Shown: positions 18,188 to 29,560 of the stretch, one piece after another
Layout: each line of letters opens with the position of its first letter
Position numbering within the stretch: position 1 is the stretch's first letter
Source: an uncultured Dehalococcoidaceae bacterium
GTDB taxonomy: Bacteria > Chloroflexota > Dehalococcoidia > Dehalococcoidales > RBG-16-60-22
NCBI GenBank assembly: GCA_964615345.1
Contig: CAZTMR010000001.1
Location: forward strand, 45,355-109,354
DNA length: 64,000 bases
Direction: 5' to 3'
Program-made: the position numbers and the translations under genes
Notes under the pieces: generated by a model
What the model was told of the DNA's origin: nothing
Databases searched by the model: none
Seen by the model: the letters and a program-made list of their open reading frames with translations, nothing else

Positions 18188-19231
18188 TCATGGCACCAGG
18201 TCTCCGGCCATTCTGGCGGCGTAGCCGTCCGTCATTCCGGCGATGTAGTCCACCACCCGCCGTTCCGGGTCGTCACTGTAAACGCTGTATTCAAGCGGCA
18301 GCTTGTCTTCGTGCTCCATAAAATACTGGTACAGGCGGCAGACTGTTTCCCTCGCCGCCACGGATTCTTCTTCCGGGGACTGTACATTATACACCCGCTC
18401 GAAAAGGAAATCACGCAACCTGTTGGTTGCTTCCAGCACCCGGCTGCTCATGCGGATAGCCGGTTTTTCGTTTTTCTCCGTTTCTCCATCCAGTACCGCC
18501 CAGGAGTTTTCGATAATGTCGGTGACCATGGTGTTGATACGCTGTGAATGAGAGATGCCGAGTACCTGTACCGCGGAAAGGGGCAGCTCGAACTCGGTGA
18601 TAATTCCCGCCCGCGCCGCGTCCCCGACATCATGATTGACATAAGCTATTGCGTCGGCAATCTGGCAAACCGCTCCTTCTAGAGTCGCCGGTTTCCCGCT
18701 GTCTTCACCGGACAGGTTTTCCCGTCCTTTGGAATGGTGCAACAGCCCGTCACGGACCTCCTCTGTCAGGTTCAGCCCCTGGCCGTCTTTCTCCAGCCGG
18801 TCAACCACCCGCAGGCTTTGCTCGTTGTGCCGGAAGCCGGGTGTATACAGCTCATTCAAAACGTCTTCTCCCACGTGCCCGAAAGGAGTATGACCCAGAT
18901 CGTGGCCCAGAGCGATTGCCTCGGTCAGGTCTTCGTTCAGATTGAGTGCCCGGGAAATGGTGCGGGCAATCTGGGAAACCTCCAGCGTGTGCGTCAGTCG
19001 TGTCACGTAGTGGTCACCGAGGGGAGCAATAAAGACCTGTGTCTTGTGTTTGAGACGCCGGAAAGCCTTACTGTGAATAATCCGGTCCCGGTCGCGCTGG
19101 AACGCCGTTCGTATCGGGCACGGCTCCTCCTCCCGGCGCCTGCCCCGTGACCATTTGCTTTTCACGGCATAGGGAGAAAGTTTCTCTTCTTTCTCTTCAG
19201 CCAGCCGGCGAACACCGAGTCGTCTGATCAC
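18188..19231 (-). CDS. dGTP triphosphohydrolase-like HD-domain protein
   Basis: Contains HSKAFRRLKHKTQVF, RLTHTLEVSQIAR and HDLGHTPFGH. It sits directly upstream of dnaG-rpoD on the same strand. Confidence 0.8.
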   Translation of the reverse strand: MIRRLGVRRLAEEKEEKLSPYAVKSKWSRGRRREEEPCPIRTAFQRDRDRIIHSKAFRRLKHKTQVFIAPLGDHYVTRLTHTLEVSQIARTISRALNLNEDLTEAIALGHDLGHTPFGHVGEDVLNELYTPGFRHNEQSLRVVDRLEKDGQGLNLTEEVRDGLLHHSKGRENLSGEDSGKPATLEGAVCQIADAIAYVNHDVGDAARAGIITEFELPLSAVQVLGISHSQRINTMVTDIIENSWAVLDGETEKNEKPAIRMSSRVLEATNRLRDFLFERVYNVQSPEEESVAARETVCRLYQYFMEHEDKLPLEYSVYSDDPERRVVDYIAGMTDGYAARMAGDLVP

Positions 19232-19539
19232 CTGTATTTCAACCTTTTACACTGGCAAAAGACCCGGTAAAGTTCGGTGAATTGCAGGGTACGCCAATGA
19301 AGTTCGGCTGCTGTTTACGGTTCCAATCATAGTATACCATACTTTCCCTTCCATATCCAGCCGCCGGATAAGTGACTGCCCCCGGCGGTCGCACTGTTGA
19401 CAGGATTTTTGCCCTGTTTTTGCTGTTCCCGGAGGGGCGCCATTGACTGAAGCCCGTGCCACCCGGAAACGGCAAATGAAGTTGACACAAATAGCGCTGT
19501 GACTTAGAATTATTATGCTGGTGAGACACCAGCGGAGGT

Positions 19540-20094
19540 TTGGTCATGATTGAGATGAGTATTGACAGCATTCGGGTTAGCTTGATGAACTACCAGCGGG
19601 TGGTGATACTGAAGGAGAAGGAAGCCAAGCGTTATCTGCCCATCTGGATTGGTCCGGCGGAAGCGGACGCCATCGCCGTAAAACTGCAGGGGGTCAACGT
19701 GCCGCGGCCCCTGACTCATGACTTGCTGAACTCGGTTATCGATTCTCTGGGGGCCAGCATCGACTCGATAATCGTGAATGACCTCAAGAATGACACGTTT
19801 TTTGCCCGGGTAATCCTCAACGTGGATGGAGGACAGATGGAAATAGATTCTCGTCCCAGTGACGCTCTGGCGCTGGCGGTAAGGGCCGAAGTGGCTATCT
19901 ACGCTGATGAGTCCGTGCTGGAAAAGGCGGGGATTCTGCTGGATGAGGAGACGGGTAAACCGCTTATGGAAGAAGCCGATGAATCAGAAGGCAGGGACCG
20001 GAAGGTAAGCGATGAAGAGATGAAAAAGATGTCCGCCTTTTATGACTTCATCAACACCCTGGACTTGGATGATTTCGATAAGCGGAAATCTTGA
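19540..20094 (+). CDS. bifunctional nuclease (DUF151/BFN) family protein
   Basis: The core RYLPIWIGPAEADAIAVKLQGVNVPRPLTHDLL matches my memory of the BFN family. The C-terminal tail is acidic. Confidence 0.7.
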   Translation: MVMIEMSIDSIRVSLMNYQRVVILKEKEAKRYLPIWIGPAEADAIAVKLQGVNVPRPLTHDLLNSVIDSLGASIDSIIVNDLKNDTFFARVILNVDGGQMEIDSRPSDALALAVRAEVAIYADESVLEKAGILLDEETGKPLMEEADESEGRDRKVSDEEMKKMSAFYDFINTLDLDDFDKRKS

Positions 20095-20438
20095 TCCTGT
20101 TGGGTGAGGCTAAAGAATTGCGGGAAAACGTTATCAAGAAACTGATGACTTCTATGAAGTGTGACTCGTGCGGCCGGCACTATGACGAGTATGACGTTGA
20201 CGTCATCGGCCACCGCCAGGATATGTGGTTCCTGAGAGTGTTTTGCCCGGAATGCAATACTCACTGCCTGGTGGCGGCTGTGGTCAGGGAAGGTAAAGCC
20301 TCTGAGCAGCCGCAGCGTGGGTACGAAATAACCTCAGGCGAGCACCGGGAAGCGGTAAGCGCTGATGACGTGCTGTCCATGCACCTGTTTCTGAAAAATT
20401 TCGAAGGTGACTTCTCTCACCTCTTCGGGCGGGAATAG
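20091..20438 (+). CDS. zinc-ribbon hypothetical protein
   Basis: CDSCGR..(24 aa)..CPECNTHC. The TTG start overlaps the upstream stop (TTGA). Alternative internal ATGs exist. Confidence 0.45.
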   Translation: MILLGEAKELRENVIKKLMTSMKCDSCGRHYDEYDVDVIGHRQDMWFLRVFCPECNTHCLVAAVVREGKASEQPQRGYEITSGEHREAVSADDVLSMHLFLKNFEGDFSHLFGRE

Positions 20439-20464
20439 TTCTGGAACCGGGTGCCGTGGAAATC

Positions 20465-20498
20465 AAAGCCCTCCGGTAAATATTATAGCGGGCTTTTT
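20465..20498 (+). terminator. possible intrinsic terminator
   Basis: aaagccc-(18-nt loop)-gggcttt followed by TT. The loop is larger than is typical. Confidence 0.35.
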
Positions 20499-20525
20499 GG
20501 TTAAAAGACCATATCCGGGGTAGCC

Positions 20526-20554
20526 TTGACCTCCGGGAGCATCTTTGCTATGCT
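20526..20554 (+). promoter_or_regulatory. sigma-70-type promoter candidate for the atp operon
   Basis: TTGACC at 20526-20531 and TATGCT at 20549-20554 with a 17-nt spacer. Confidence 0.45.
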
Positions 20555-20589
20555 ACCTGAGGCGGGATGACGAGGCTGGTGTGAGTAGA

Positions 20590-20805
20590 ATGCTACCTGC
20601 CTTGAGGCTGATTGGGGTAGGGTTTTTCATTGCTGGTTCTATCTTGCTCGGGGTGGTTACCGGCCTCTGGCTTGATGAACGGTTCAATACCAGCCCCGTT
20701 CTGGTACTAATCGGACTATTGGTTGGAATCATGGTTGCTTTTTATGGTGTTTATCGGATGCTGGAACCCCTTTTCGGGAAAAAGCAGAACAAGGGTAAAA
20801 ACTGA
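20590..20805 (+). CDS. small two-helix membrane protein preceding atpB (AtpZ/AtpI-like)
   Basis: MLPALRLIGVGFFIAGSILLGVVTGLWLDERF..VLVLIGLLVGIMVAFYGVY gives two TM helices. The position is typical of AtpZ/AtpI. Confidence 0.6.
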   Translation: MLPALRLIGVGFFIAGSILLGVVTGLWLDERFNTSPVLVLIGLLVGIMVAFYGVYRMLEPLFGKKQNKGKN

Positions 20806-21755
20806 TGCCTGAACGGAGAGGTTTACGGTTGACTTCTCCGCTGGTTATCGGCATTGCGGGTATCTTTCTGCTCCTCCTTGTCATCGGTTTTATCAGCGGG
20901 CCGCTGGGAACGAGTATGTTCGGTGACCTCGGTTTGCCGGAATGGATTAGCGTTCCCCGTCCGTCCCCGGAGCTGCCGCCGGAAGTGGTCTTTCACGCTT
21001 TCGGCTTTCCCATTACCAACAGCATCATCGGCGCCTGGCTTACCATGGGCTTCCTGGTTATCTTTTCCGCGATTGTTACCCGCCGGCTGAAACTGGTGCC
21101 GGGCCGGCTGCAAACCGCCTTCGAGCTTATGCTCGGCGCGCTCTTTGACTTCTGCCGGAGAGTCGCCGGGGAAGAAAATGGGCGGCGTTTTTTTCCGGTG
21201 GTGGCTACCATTTTCCTCTTCGTCGCCTTTAACGCCTGGCTGAGCCTGGTCCCCGGGTTTGGCTCCATTGAGATAACCAACGCTGAGGGCCATCACGTAC
21301 ACTTGCTGCGCGGCGCCAATACGGACATCAATATGCCGCTGGCCCTGGCGCTGGTTTCTTTCGCTTTCGTGGAGTATTTCGGACTCAGAACGCTGGGGCT
21401 TAACTACGTGAAAAAATTTCTTAACGTGGGGCAGTTTTTCCGCGGGCTGGCGCACATCGGCCGCGGGCGGCTCCGCGCCGGGTTCGGCGGTCTTTTTCAT
21501 GGTTTCATCAATATCTTTGTTGGCAGTCTGGAGGCGCTGAGCGAATTCATCCGCATCGTCAGCTTCACCTTCCGTCTTTTCGGCAACATGACCGCCGGGG
21601 AAATCCTGCTGCTGATTGCCGCCTTTCTCGTCCCCTGGGTATTCGCTCTGCCCTTTTACGGGCTGGAATTGCTTGTCGGCTTCGTCCAGGCGCTCATTTT
21701 CGCCGGACTGACATTGGTGTTTTTGACTCTGGCAGTGGCCCATCACGGAGAATAG
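20805..21755 (+). CDS. atpB: F0F1 ATP synthase subunit a
   Basis: Polytopic membrane protein with the conserved Arg helix (SFTFRLFGNMTAGE). The ATG overlaps the preceding stop. Confidence 0.9.
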   Translation: MPERRGLRLTSPLVIGIAGIFLLLLVIGFISGPLGTSMFGDLGLPEWISVPRPSPELPPEVVFHAFGFPITNSIIGAWLTMGFLVIFSAIVTRRLKLVPGRLQTAFELMLGALFDFCRRVAGEENGRRFFPVVATIFLFVAFNAWLSLVPGFGSIEITNAEGHHVHLLRGANTDINMPLALALVSFAFVEYFGLRTLGLNYVKKFLNVGQFFRGLAHIGRGRLRAGFGGLFHGFINIFVGSLEALSEFIRIVSFTFRLFGNMTAGEILLLIAAFLVPWVFALPFYGLELLVGFVQALIFAGLTLVFLTLAVAHHGE

Positions 21756-21812
21756 AGCAGTTTACATAAATATACCGGTTTCCGCTAAAATATTAAGGAG
21801 GTAGTTAGTTAG

Positions 21813-22043
21813 ATGGAAGCTGAAGTAATGAAAATGCTGGCGGTAGGCCTGACGGCTGGCCTGGGTCTGCTGGGACCGGCGCTGGGTATCGGCCTCATTG
21901 GCTTCTCTGCCTTGCAGGGAATCGCCCGCAACCCGGAGGCGAGCGGCCCGATACTGACCAACATGATTCTGGTCACCGCTTTTTGTGAAGCCATCGGCAT
22001 TTATGCGCTGATTGTGGCTATCATCCTGACTATGATTGTCTAG
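21813..22043 (+). CDS. atpE: F0F1 ATP synthase subunit c
   Basis: 76-aa hairpin protein with the GIARNPE loop and an ion-binding Glu in FCEAIGIY. Confidence 0.9.
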   Translation: MEAEVMKMLAVGLTAGLGLLGPALGIGLIGFSALQGIARNPEASGPILTNMILVTAFCEAIGIYALIVAIILTMIV

Positions 22044-22060
22044 GAAAAGGGAGAAATATT

Positions 22061-22159
22061 ATGGGACAGGACGGAATACCGCTGTCTATAGGCGTCATTG
22101 TTACTGCTGCCGTACCGGGGACGCTGGTCCTCGTCGGGCTGGTGGTGGCGGTTCTCTAG
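22061..22159 (+). CDS. unannotated 32-codon hydrophobic micro-ORF between atpE and atpF
   Basis: MGQDGIPLSIGVIVTAAVPGTLVLVGLVVAVL, with AAGGGAG about 8 nt upstream of the ATG. It fills the atpE-atpF gap and is below the length cutoff of the ORF track. Confidence 0.35.
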   Translation: MGQDGIPLSIGVIVTAAVPGTLVLVGLVVAVL

Positions 22160-22180
22160 GCCGTGTAAAGGGGGCAGTTC

Positions 22181-22690
22181 ATGGAAGGCATTTTGGAACT
22201 CGGCATCAATCCCCCGGTGCTGCTGGCACAGGTAGTCAACGTTTTCATTTTGCTGGTTCTTTTATACCTGGTAGCCTACAAACCGGTAATGAGAATGCTT
22301 GACGAACGCTCGCGCCGGGTCAAGGAGGGGATGGAGCAGGCGGAGTCCATCAAGGAGCAGGCGGCTCAGGCTGAAGAAGAAGTGAAAAAGCAGTTGAAGG
22401 CCGCCAGCCAGGAAGGACAGGAGAAAATAGCCCGCGCCACAAAAATCGGCGAGGAGACCAAGCAGAAGGCGCAGCAGGAAGCCCGGGAAGAAGCCGAGGC
22501 GCTTATTGCGCGCGCCCGCTCCGAGATTCAAAAGGAGCGGGATGAAGCCATTGATGAAGTGCGCCGGGAGGCGGCTGACCTGACTATACTGGCTGCGGAG
22601 AAAGTCATCAACCGGTCACTGGACAGGAAAGCGCACCGTCAGTTGATTGAAAGCGTACTGGAAGAAAGCAAAAAGCTGAGAAAAGGATAA
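22181..22690 (+). CDS. atpF: F0F1 ATP synthase subunit b
   Basis: N-terminal TM helix followed by a long charged helix. Operon position supports the call. Confidence 0.85.
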   Translation: MEGILELGINPPVLLAQVVNVFILLVLLYLVAYKPVMRMLDERSRRVKEGMEQAESIKEQAAQAEEEVKKQLKAASQEGQEKIARATKIGEETKQKAQQEAREEAEALIARARSEIQKERDEAIDEVRREAADLTILAAEKVINRSLDRKAHRQLIESVLEESKKLRKG

Positions 22691-22713
22691 AATGATGTTA
22701 CCCGGGAATCAGA

Positions 22714-23253
22714 ATGGCTAGGAAAACTTATGCCCGGCGCTATGCTCAGGCGGTTTTCGAGATTGCGTTACAGGCCGGCGAGCTCGACCGGTGGCAGGCG
22801 GACTTGGCAAAAATCGTGGCTGCCGTCGGTGATAAGGAAGTAGCCGCTCTGCTGGAACACCCCAGGCTGCCTTACGAAGACAAAAACCGGCTCCTGGCCG
22901 AAGGCTTGCCGGAGGTTAACCCGCTGGCGCTGAATCTGGTGCGCTTGCTGATGAGCCAGGACAGCCTTCACACTATCGGCAGCATCGTGGCTGACTACCA
23001 GCGGCGCCTGAACCGGCACCGCGGAATAGAAACCGCCGAGGTGATTACAGCGGTGCCACTTAACGAGAAAGACAGGGCGAGCCTGACCCGGCACCTTGGC
23101 GCTATCACCGGCAAGAAAGTAGTTATTGAGTCCAGCACTGCCCCGGAGCTGATCGGCGGCGTTGTCGTTAGAGTTGGCGGCAAGCTCCTGGACGGGAGCA
23201 CCCGGAGCAAGCTGGCTGCCCTGAAGAGAGCGATGGTCGGCGCCAAAATATAA
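22714..23253 (+). CDS. atpH: F0F1 ATP synthase subunit delta (OSCP)
   Basis: 179 aa with an OSCP-like pattern (ARRYAQAVFEIA..; C-terminal GGVVVRVGGKLLDGS). Confidence 0.85.
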   Translation: MARKTYARRYAQAVFEIALQAGELDRWQADLAKIVAAVGDKEVAALLEHPRLPYEDKNRLLAEGLPEVNPLALNLVRLLMSQDSLHTIGSIVADYQRRLNRHRGIETAEVITAVPLNEKDRASLTRHLGAITGKKVVIESSTAPELIGGVVVRVGGKLLDGSTRSKLAALKRAMVGAKI

Positions 23254-23299
23254 CGCCTTCCCGTGGCCGGTATGACCATCAGGACAGGAGGAAGACAGG

Positions 23300-24831
23300 T
23301 TGGCAAAAGCACAGGATATCGTTTCGGTTATCAAACAGCAGATTGAGCAGTTCGGCTCGCCGGTGAGTATGGTAGACGTGGGCACCGTAATCGAGGTCGG
23401 TGACGGCATCGCCCGCATTCACGGTCTATCCGGCGTAAAGTATAACGAGCTGCTGCAGTTCCCCGATGAGATTATGGGAATCGCCCTCAACCTGGAAGAA
23501 GATAGCGTGGCGGCTATCGTTTTGGGTGATTATACCCGGGTGAAAGAGGGCGATGAGGTCCGGAGCACCGGCCGGATTGCCGAGGTGCCCGTGGGCGATG
23601 CGCTCATCGGGAGAGTTGTTGATTCGCTGGGGCGGCCTCTTGACGGCAAGGAGGCAATAAAGACACGCAAGACCCGGCCCGTGGAACGCGTGGCGCCCAA
23701 CGTGGTCCTGCGGAAATCCGTGGATACCCCCGTGCAGACCGGTATCAAGGCGGTGGACAGCCTGATTCCTCTGGGCAGGGGACAGCGGGAGCTTATCATC
23801 GGTGACCGCTCTACCGGGAAAACGGCCATCGCTCTGGATACCATTATCAATCAGAAAGGCGGAGATTTAATCTGTATTTACGTTGCCATCGGGCAGAAGG
23901 CGGCCAAAGTGGCCCAGGTGGTGTCCACTCTGGAGTCCCACGGCGCGATGAAGCACACCATCGTGGTGGCGGCCAACTCTGCTGATTCCGTGGCCCTGCA
24001 GTACCTGGCCCCCTACGCCGGCTGTGCCATCGGCGAGGAGTTTATGGAAGATGGTAAAGACGTTCTGGTGGTCTATGATGACCTCTCCAAGCACGCCTGG
24101 GCCTACCGGCAGCTTTCGCTGTTGCTGCACCGCCCGCCTGGACGGGAGGCCTATCCGGGAGACGTTTTCTACCTGCACAGCCGCCTGCTGGAAAGGGCTG
24201 CCAAGTATGCGGATGAATACGGCGGCGGCTCCCTGACGGCCCTGCCCATTATCGAGACCCAGGCAGGTGATATGTCCGCCTACGTCCCGACCAATGTAAT
24301 CTCGATTACCGACGGCCAGATGTTCCTGGAATCAGACCTGTTTTATGCCGGTATCCGGCCGGCGCTGAGTATCGGCCTGTCCGTTTCCCGGGTGGGAAGC
24401 GCTGCCCAGACCAAGGCAATGAAACAGGTCGCCGGCCGGCTCAGGCTGGAACTGGCCCAGTACCGGGAGCTGGCGGCTTTTGCCCAGTTTGGCACCAGTG
24501 AGCTGGACAAAACTACCCGGGACCAGCTTAACCGCGGCCAGCGGATTATTGAAATCCTGAAACAGCCCCAGTTTGTGCCCGTGCCGGTTGAGAAGCAGGT
24601 GACGATTCTGTACGCCGCCATTAACGGATATCTTGATGACATACCGGTTGATAAACTGTACGCTTTTGAAGCCGGCTTGAATGATTTCGTGGGAAAAACT
24701 TATCCTGAAATCGGTAAGAAAATCGTCAGCGCTAAAGAGATTACCGCCGAGATTGAAGAGCAACTGAAGACGGCAATAGTTGAATTTAAACAGGGTTTCT
24801 TGCCCCTGGAGGAAGGAGACCAGGCTGACTG

Positions 24832-24832
<1 letters not shown>
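23300..24832 (+). CDS. atpA: F0F1 ATP synthase subunit alpha
   Basis: Walker A GDRSTGKT and a typical alpha sequence throughout. The TTG start follows AGGAGGAAG. Confidence 0.95.
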
Positions 24833-27095
<2,263 letters not shown>

Positions 27096-27097
27096 AT

Positions 27098-27529
27098 GTG
27101 ATGTCCGGCATTAGACTCGATGTGGTAACTGCGGAGCGGATGGTCTACTCGGAAGACGTGGAGACGGTTATCGCCCCGGGTATCCAGGGGCAGCTGGGGA
27201 TTTTACCCGGACATACTCCCCTGATGACCACCCTGCAGGCCGGCGAATTGAGGATTAAAAGGAGCGGTGAGGAAACATCTCTGGCCATCTCCGGTGGATT
27301 CCTCGAGGTGCGCCCGGACAAGGTCGTCGTGCTGGCGGACAGCGCGGAGCGGGCTGATGAAATCGACGTCACCCGGGCCGAAGAGGCGAAGCGTCGGGCG
27401 CAGGAGAGGTTGCACGAAAAAAGGGACACCACTACGGATGCCGCCCGGGCGGAAGCGGCGCTGCACCGCTCTCTGGCCCGGCTCAAAGTGGCGGAAACGG
27501 CAAAAAGGAAGCGAAAAAAGGCCTCCTGA
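27098..27529 (+). CDS. atpC: F0F1 ATP synthase subunit epsilon
   Basis: 143 aa with a beta-sandwich followed by a helical hairpin pattern. Operon position supports the call. Confidence 0.9.
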   Translation: MMSGIRLDVVTAERMVYSEDVETVIAPGIQGQLGILPGHTPLMTTLQAGELRIKRSGEETSLAISGGFLEVRPDKVVVLADSAERADEIDVTRAEEAKRRAQERLHEKRDTTTDAARAEAALHRSLARLKVAETAKRKRKKAS

Positions 27530-27549
27530 AGTGCGCCCGGCCGGGTCCT

Positions 27550-28065
27550 TTACCGGTTCAGGTCCAGCAGCCCCTCCATCGGCTCAATCACCATCACCCG
27601 TTCTTCCAGGTCCACTGATTTCACCACGTCACCAATCGCCGGAACGAGGATTTCCCCTTTTTCACGTCTTACCGCGTAATTGTCATTGCTTCCGGTGGGC
27701 AAAATCCCGGTGATTTCTCCCAGCACTTCTCCCCGGACCGTCCGTACTTCCAGGCCGATAAGCTGAAAGTGGTAGTATTCGCCCTCGGGCAGGGGGTTTA
27801 CCTGACTGCGGTTTATTTCTAGGACTTTACCGCGGAGCTTCCCGGCCTCTTCGATGCTATTGATGGAACGGAACTTGAGAACCAGCTTCTCGCCACGTCC
27901 CTCCGCGCTCTCGATGGTGAACGGCTGGCGGTTGATGTAGACCGTGGCATTTCTGGTGAACCGCTGCGGGAAATCGGTCTCCGGGATTACCTTGACTTTG
28001 CCGTTGATGCCGGACGTGGCCGCTATGCGGCCGACGGTAATGAACTCAGGTTCTGGTGTCTTCAT
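27550..28065 (-). CDS. rimM: 16S rRNA processing protein RimM
   Basis: The N-terminal ITVGRIAATSGINGKVKV is typical of RimM. It lies downstream of rpsP and the KH-domain gene. Confidence 0.85.
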   Translation of the reverse strand: MKTPEPEFITVGRIAATSGINGKVKVIPETDFPQRFTRNATVYINRQPFTIESAEGRGEKLVLKFRSINSIEEAGKLRGKVLEINRSQVNPLPEGEYYHFQLIGLEVRTVRGEVLGEITGILPTGSNDNYAVRREKGEILVPAIGDVVKSVDLEERVMVIEPMEGLLDLNR

Positions 28066-28224
28066 CGTGGGTGCGCTGGCTGCGGACTATCTGTAGCGGT
28101 GTAAAATGTTTTTGGGCTGTGGACATTTTCGGAAAAAAATCGCCATACTCCCCCTCTCCGGAATTGGCTGGCACTAAACTCCGGAGAGAATGCGGCTTAT
28201 CCGTAAGGCAAAGAGCAAGCGGCT

Positions 28225-28452
28225 CTAAACAATCTCCAGTCTTACCTTGGTTGCGGCTTTGGCTGCCTTCACCCGGAGCAAAGTTCGTATCGCTTCGGCA
28301 ATTCGTCCCTGCTTGCCGATGACTCTGCCCTTGTCTTCGTCAGCTACCTGCAGCTTGAGGGTCAGGCCTTCCTCGGTGGTTTCCTCCTCGATCTTGACAT
28401 CGTCTGGTGCGTCAACGATTGATTTGGCGATGAATTCTACGAGCTCTTTCAT
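28225..28452 (-). CDS. KH-domain RNA-binding protein (YlqC-like)
   Basis: 75 aa with [16 protein letters not shown] (GxxG KH motif). It overlaps the rpsP stop. Confidence 0.8.
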   Translation of the reverse strand: MKELVEFIAKSIVDAPDDVKIEEETTEEGLTLKLQVADEDKGRVIGKQGRIAEAIRTLLRVKAAKAATKVRLEIV

Positions 28453-28724
28453 GATCTGGTTTTCTCCTTGCTTGTTTTGGACTTTTCAATGATGCCTGCC
28501 TTGGTCAGCAGCCTGGCGGCAGTTTCTGTTGGTTGAGCTCCCTTGCTTAGCCAGTCCCTCGCCCTGTCCTCATCGATGACCACCGTCTCCGGATCGGTAA
28601 GGGGGTTATAATGCCCCAGAATAGCAATAAAGGCGCCGTCCCGGGGAGACCTTGAGTCGGCCACTACCAGCCGATAGCTCGGTTGTTTCTTGGCGCCTAC
28701 TCTGCGCAACCTGATTTTTACCAT
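28449..28724 (-). CDS. rpsP: 30S ribosomal protein S16
   Basis: [30 protein letters not shown]. Confidence 0.95.
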   Translation of the reverse strand: MVKIRLRRVGAKKQPSYRLVVADSRSPRDGAFIAILGHYNPLTDPETVVIDEDRARDWLSKGAQPTETAARLLTKAGIIEKSKTSKEKTRS

Positions 28725-28793
28725 GTGTACCTAGCCTTCTTTTTCTCATATTATGCACTATTGGCTTCTGACTGTCAATGGCGGGGGTAACGG

Positions 28794-28822
28794 TTGTCAT
28801 GCGGCGGCACTGATATTATAAT
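28794..28822 (+). promoter_or_regulatory. sigma-70-type promoter candidate for nfi (leaderless geometry)
   Basis: TTGTCA at 28794-28799 and TATAAT at 28817-28822 with a 17-nt spacer. The ATG at 28829 starts 6 nt after the -10 box. Confidence 0.55.
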
Positions 28823-28828
28823 CAAAGT

Positions 28829-29527
28829 ATGAAACGGGAAGGCCTGCCTGACTGGCAAATCGGGCGTGAAGCAGCCCTGGAGTTGCAGCGGCAGATGGCC
28901 GGGCACGTACTCCGGGAGGGAGACATTACCGGCATCCGTTACCTCGCCGGCGTTGATATATCAGTGAGACGTTCTCCGGAGGTGGCGGCTTCGGCCGTGG
29001 TGGTCCTGGATTATCCCGGACTGAGGCCGGTGGAAACCAGATTTGCCGTGGGAAAGCCGGGTTTTCCCTATATTCCGGGGTTGCTGTCTTTCCGGGAAGC
29101 GCCGCTGATGCTGGAGGCCTGCCGTCAGCTGGACACCACGCCGGACCTGGTAATGGTGGATGGTCAGGGAATCGCCCACCCCCGCCGCCTGGGCCTGGCC
29201 TCTCATCTGGGCCTCTTGCTGGATTTGCCCACCATCGGTTGCGCCAAGTCCCGGCTTTGCGGGACACACCGGACACCGGCGGATTGGCCGGGCGGCGCCG
29301 CTGATCTGGTTGACGAGACTGAGATTATCGGTAAGGTGCTGAGGACGCGACGCGGTGTCCGTCCCCTTTACGTGTCTATCGGACACCGCGTCGGTCTTGA
29401 CCCGGCCGTCCGGATAGTCCTTGACTGCTGCCGGGGTTACCGTTTGCCGGAACCGGTCCGCCGGGCCCACCTGGCCGCTGGCTGCGCTTCCCGGCACCCG
29501 GCTGGCTTTGTGCCGGTACTGCCGTAG
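28829..29527 (+). CDS. nfi: endonuclease V
   Basis: Contains AGVDIS, YIPGLLSFREAP and DGQGIAHPRRLGLASHLG. Confidence 0.85.
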   Translation: MKREGLPDWQIGREAALELQRQMAGHVLREGDITGIRYLAGVDISVRRSPEVAASAVVVLDYPGLRPVETRFAVGKPGFPYIPGLLSFREAPLMLEACRQLDTTPDLVMVDGQGIAHPRRLGLASHLGLLLDLPTIGCAKSRLCGTHRTPADWPGGAADLVDETEIIGKVLRTRRGVRPLYVSIGHRVGLDPAVRIVLDCCRGYRLPEPVRRAHLAAGCASRHPAGFVPVLP

Positions 29528-29560
29528 GTTTTTATATTTGTATGAGGAAAGTGAGGGAAA

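Noticed and set aside
19232-19539. An unusually long (308-bp) divergent intergenic region; I checked it for an ncRNA or riboswitch and for the 110-aa ORF at 19239-19571
   Set aside because: It contains several promoter-like boxes (for example TTGACA-17-TAGAAT feeding the nuclease gene) and short imperfect repeats, but no convincing conserved-looking fold. The ORF has no SD and an implausible composition. It may still hide a small RNA, which I cannot judge without covariation data.
20823-21746. 307-aa ORF antisense to atpB
   Set aside because: atpB has the conserved subunit-a Arg helix and the correct operon position. The antisense product is a charged low-complexity sequence.
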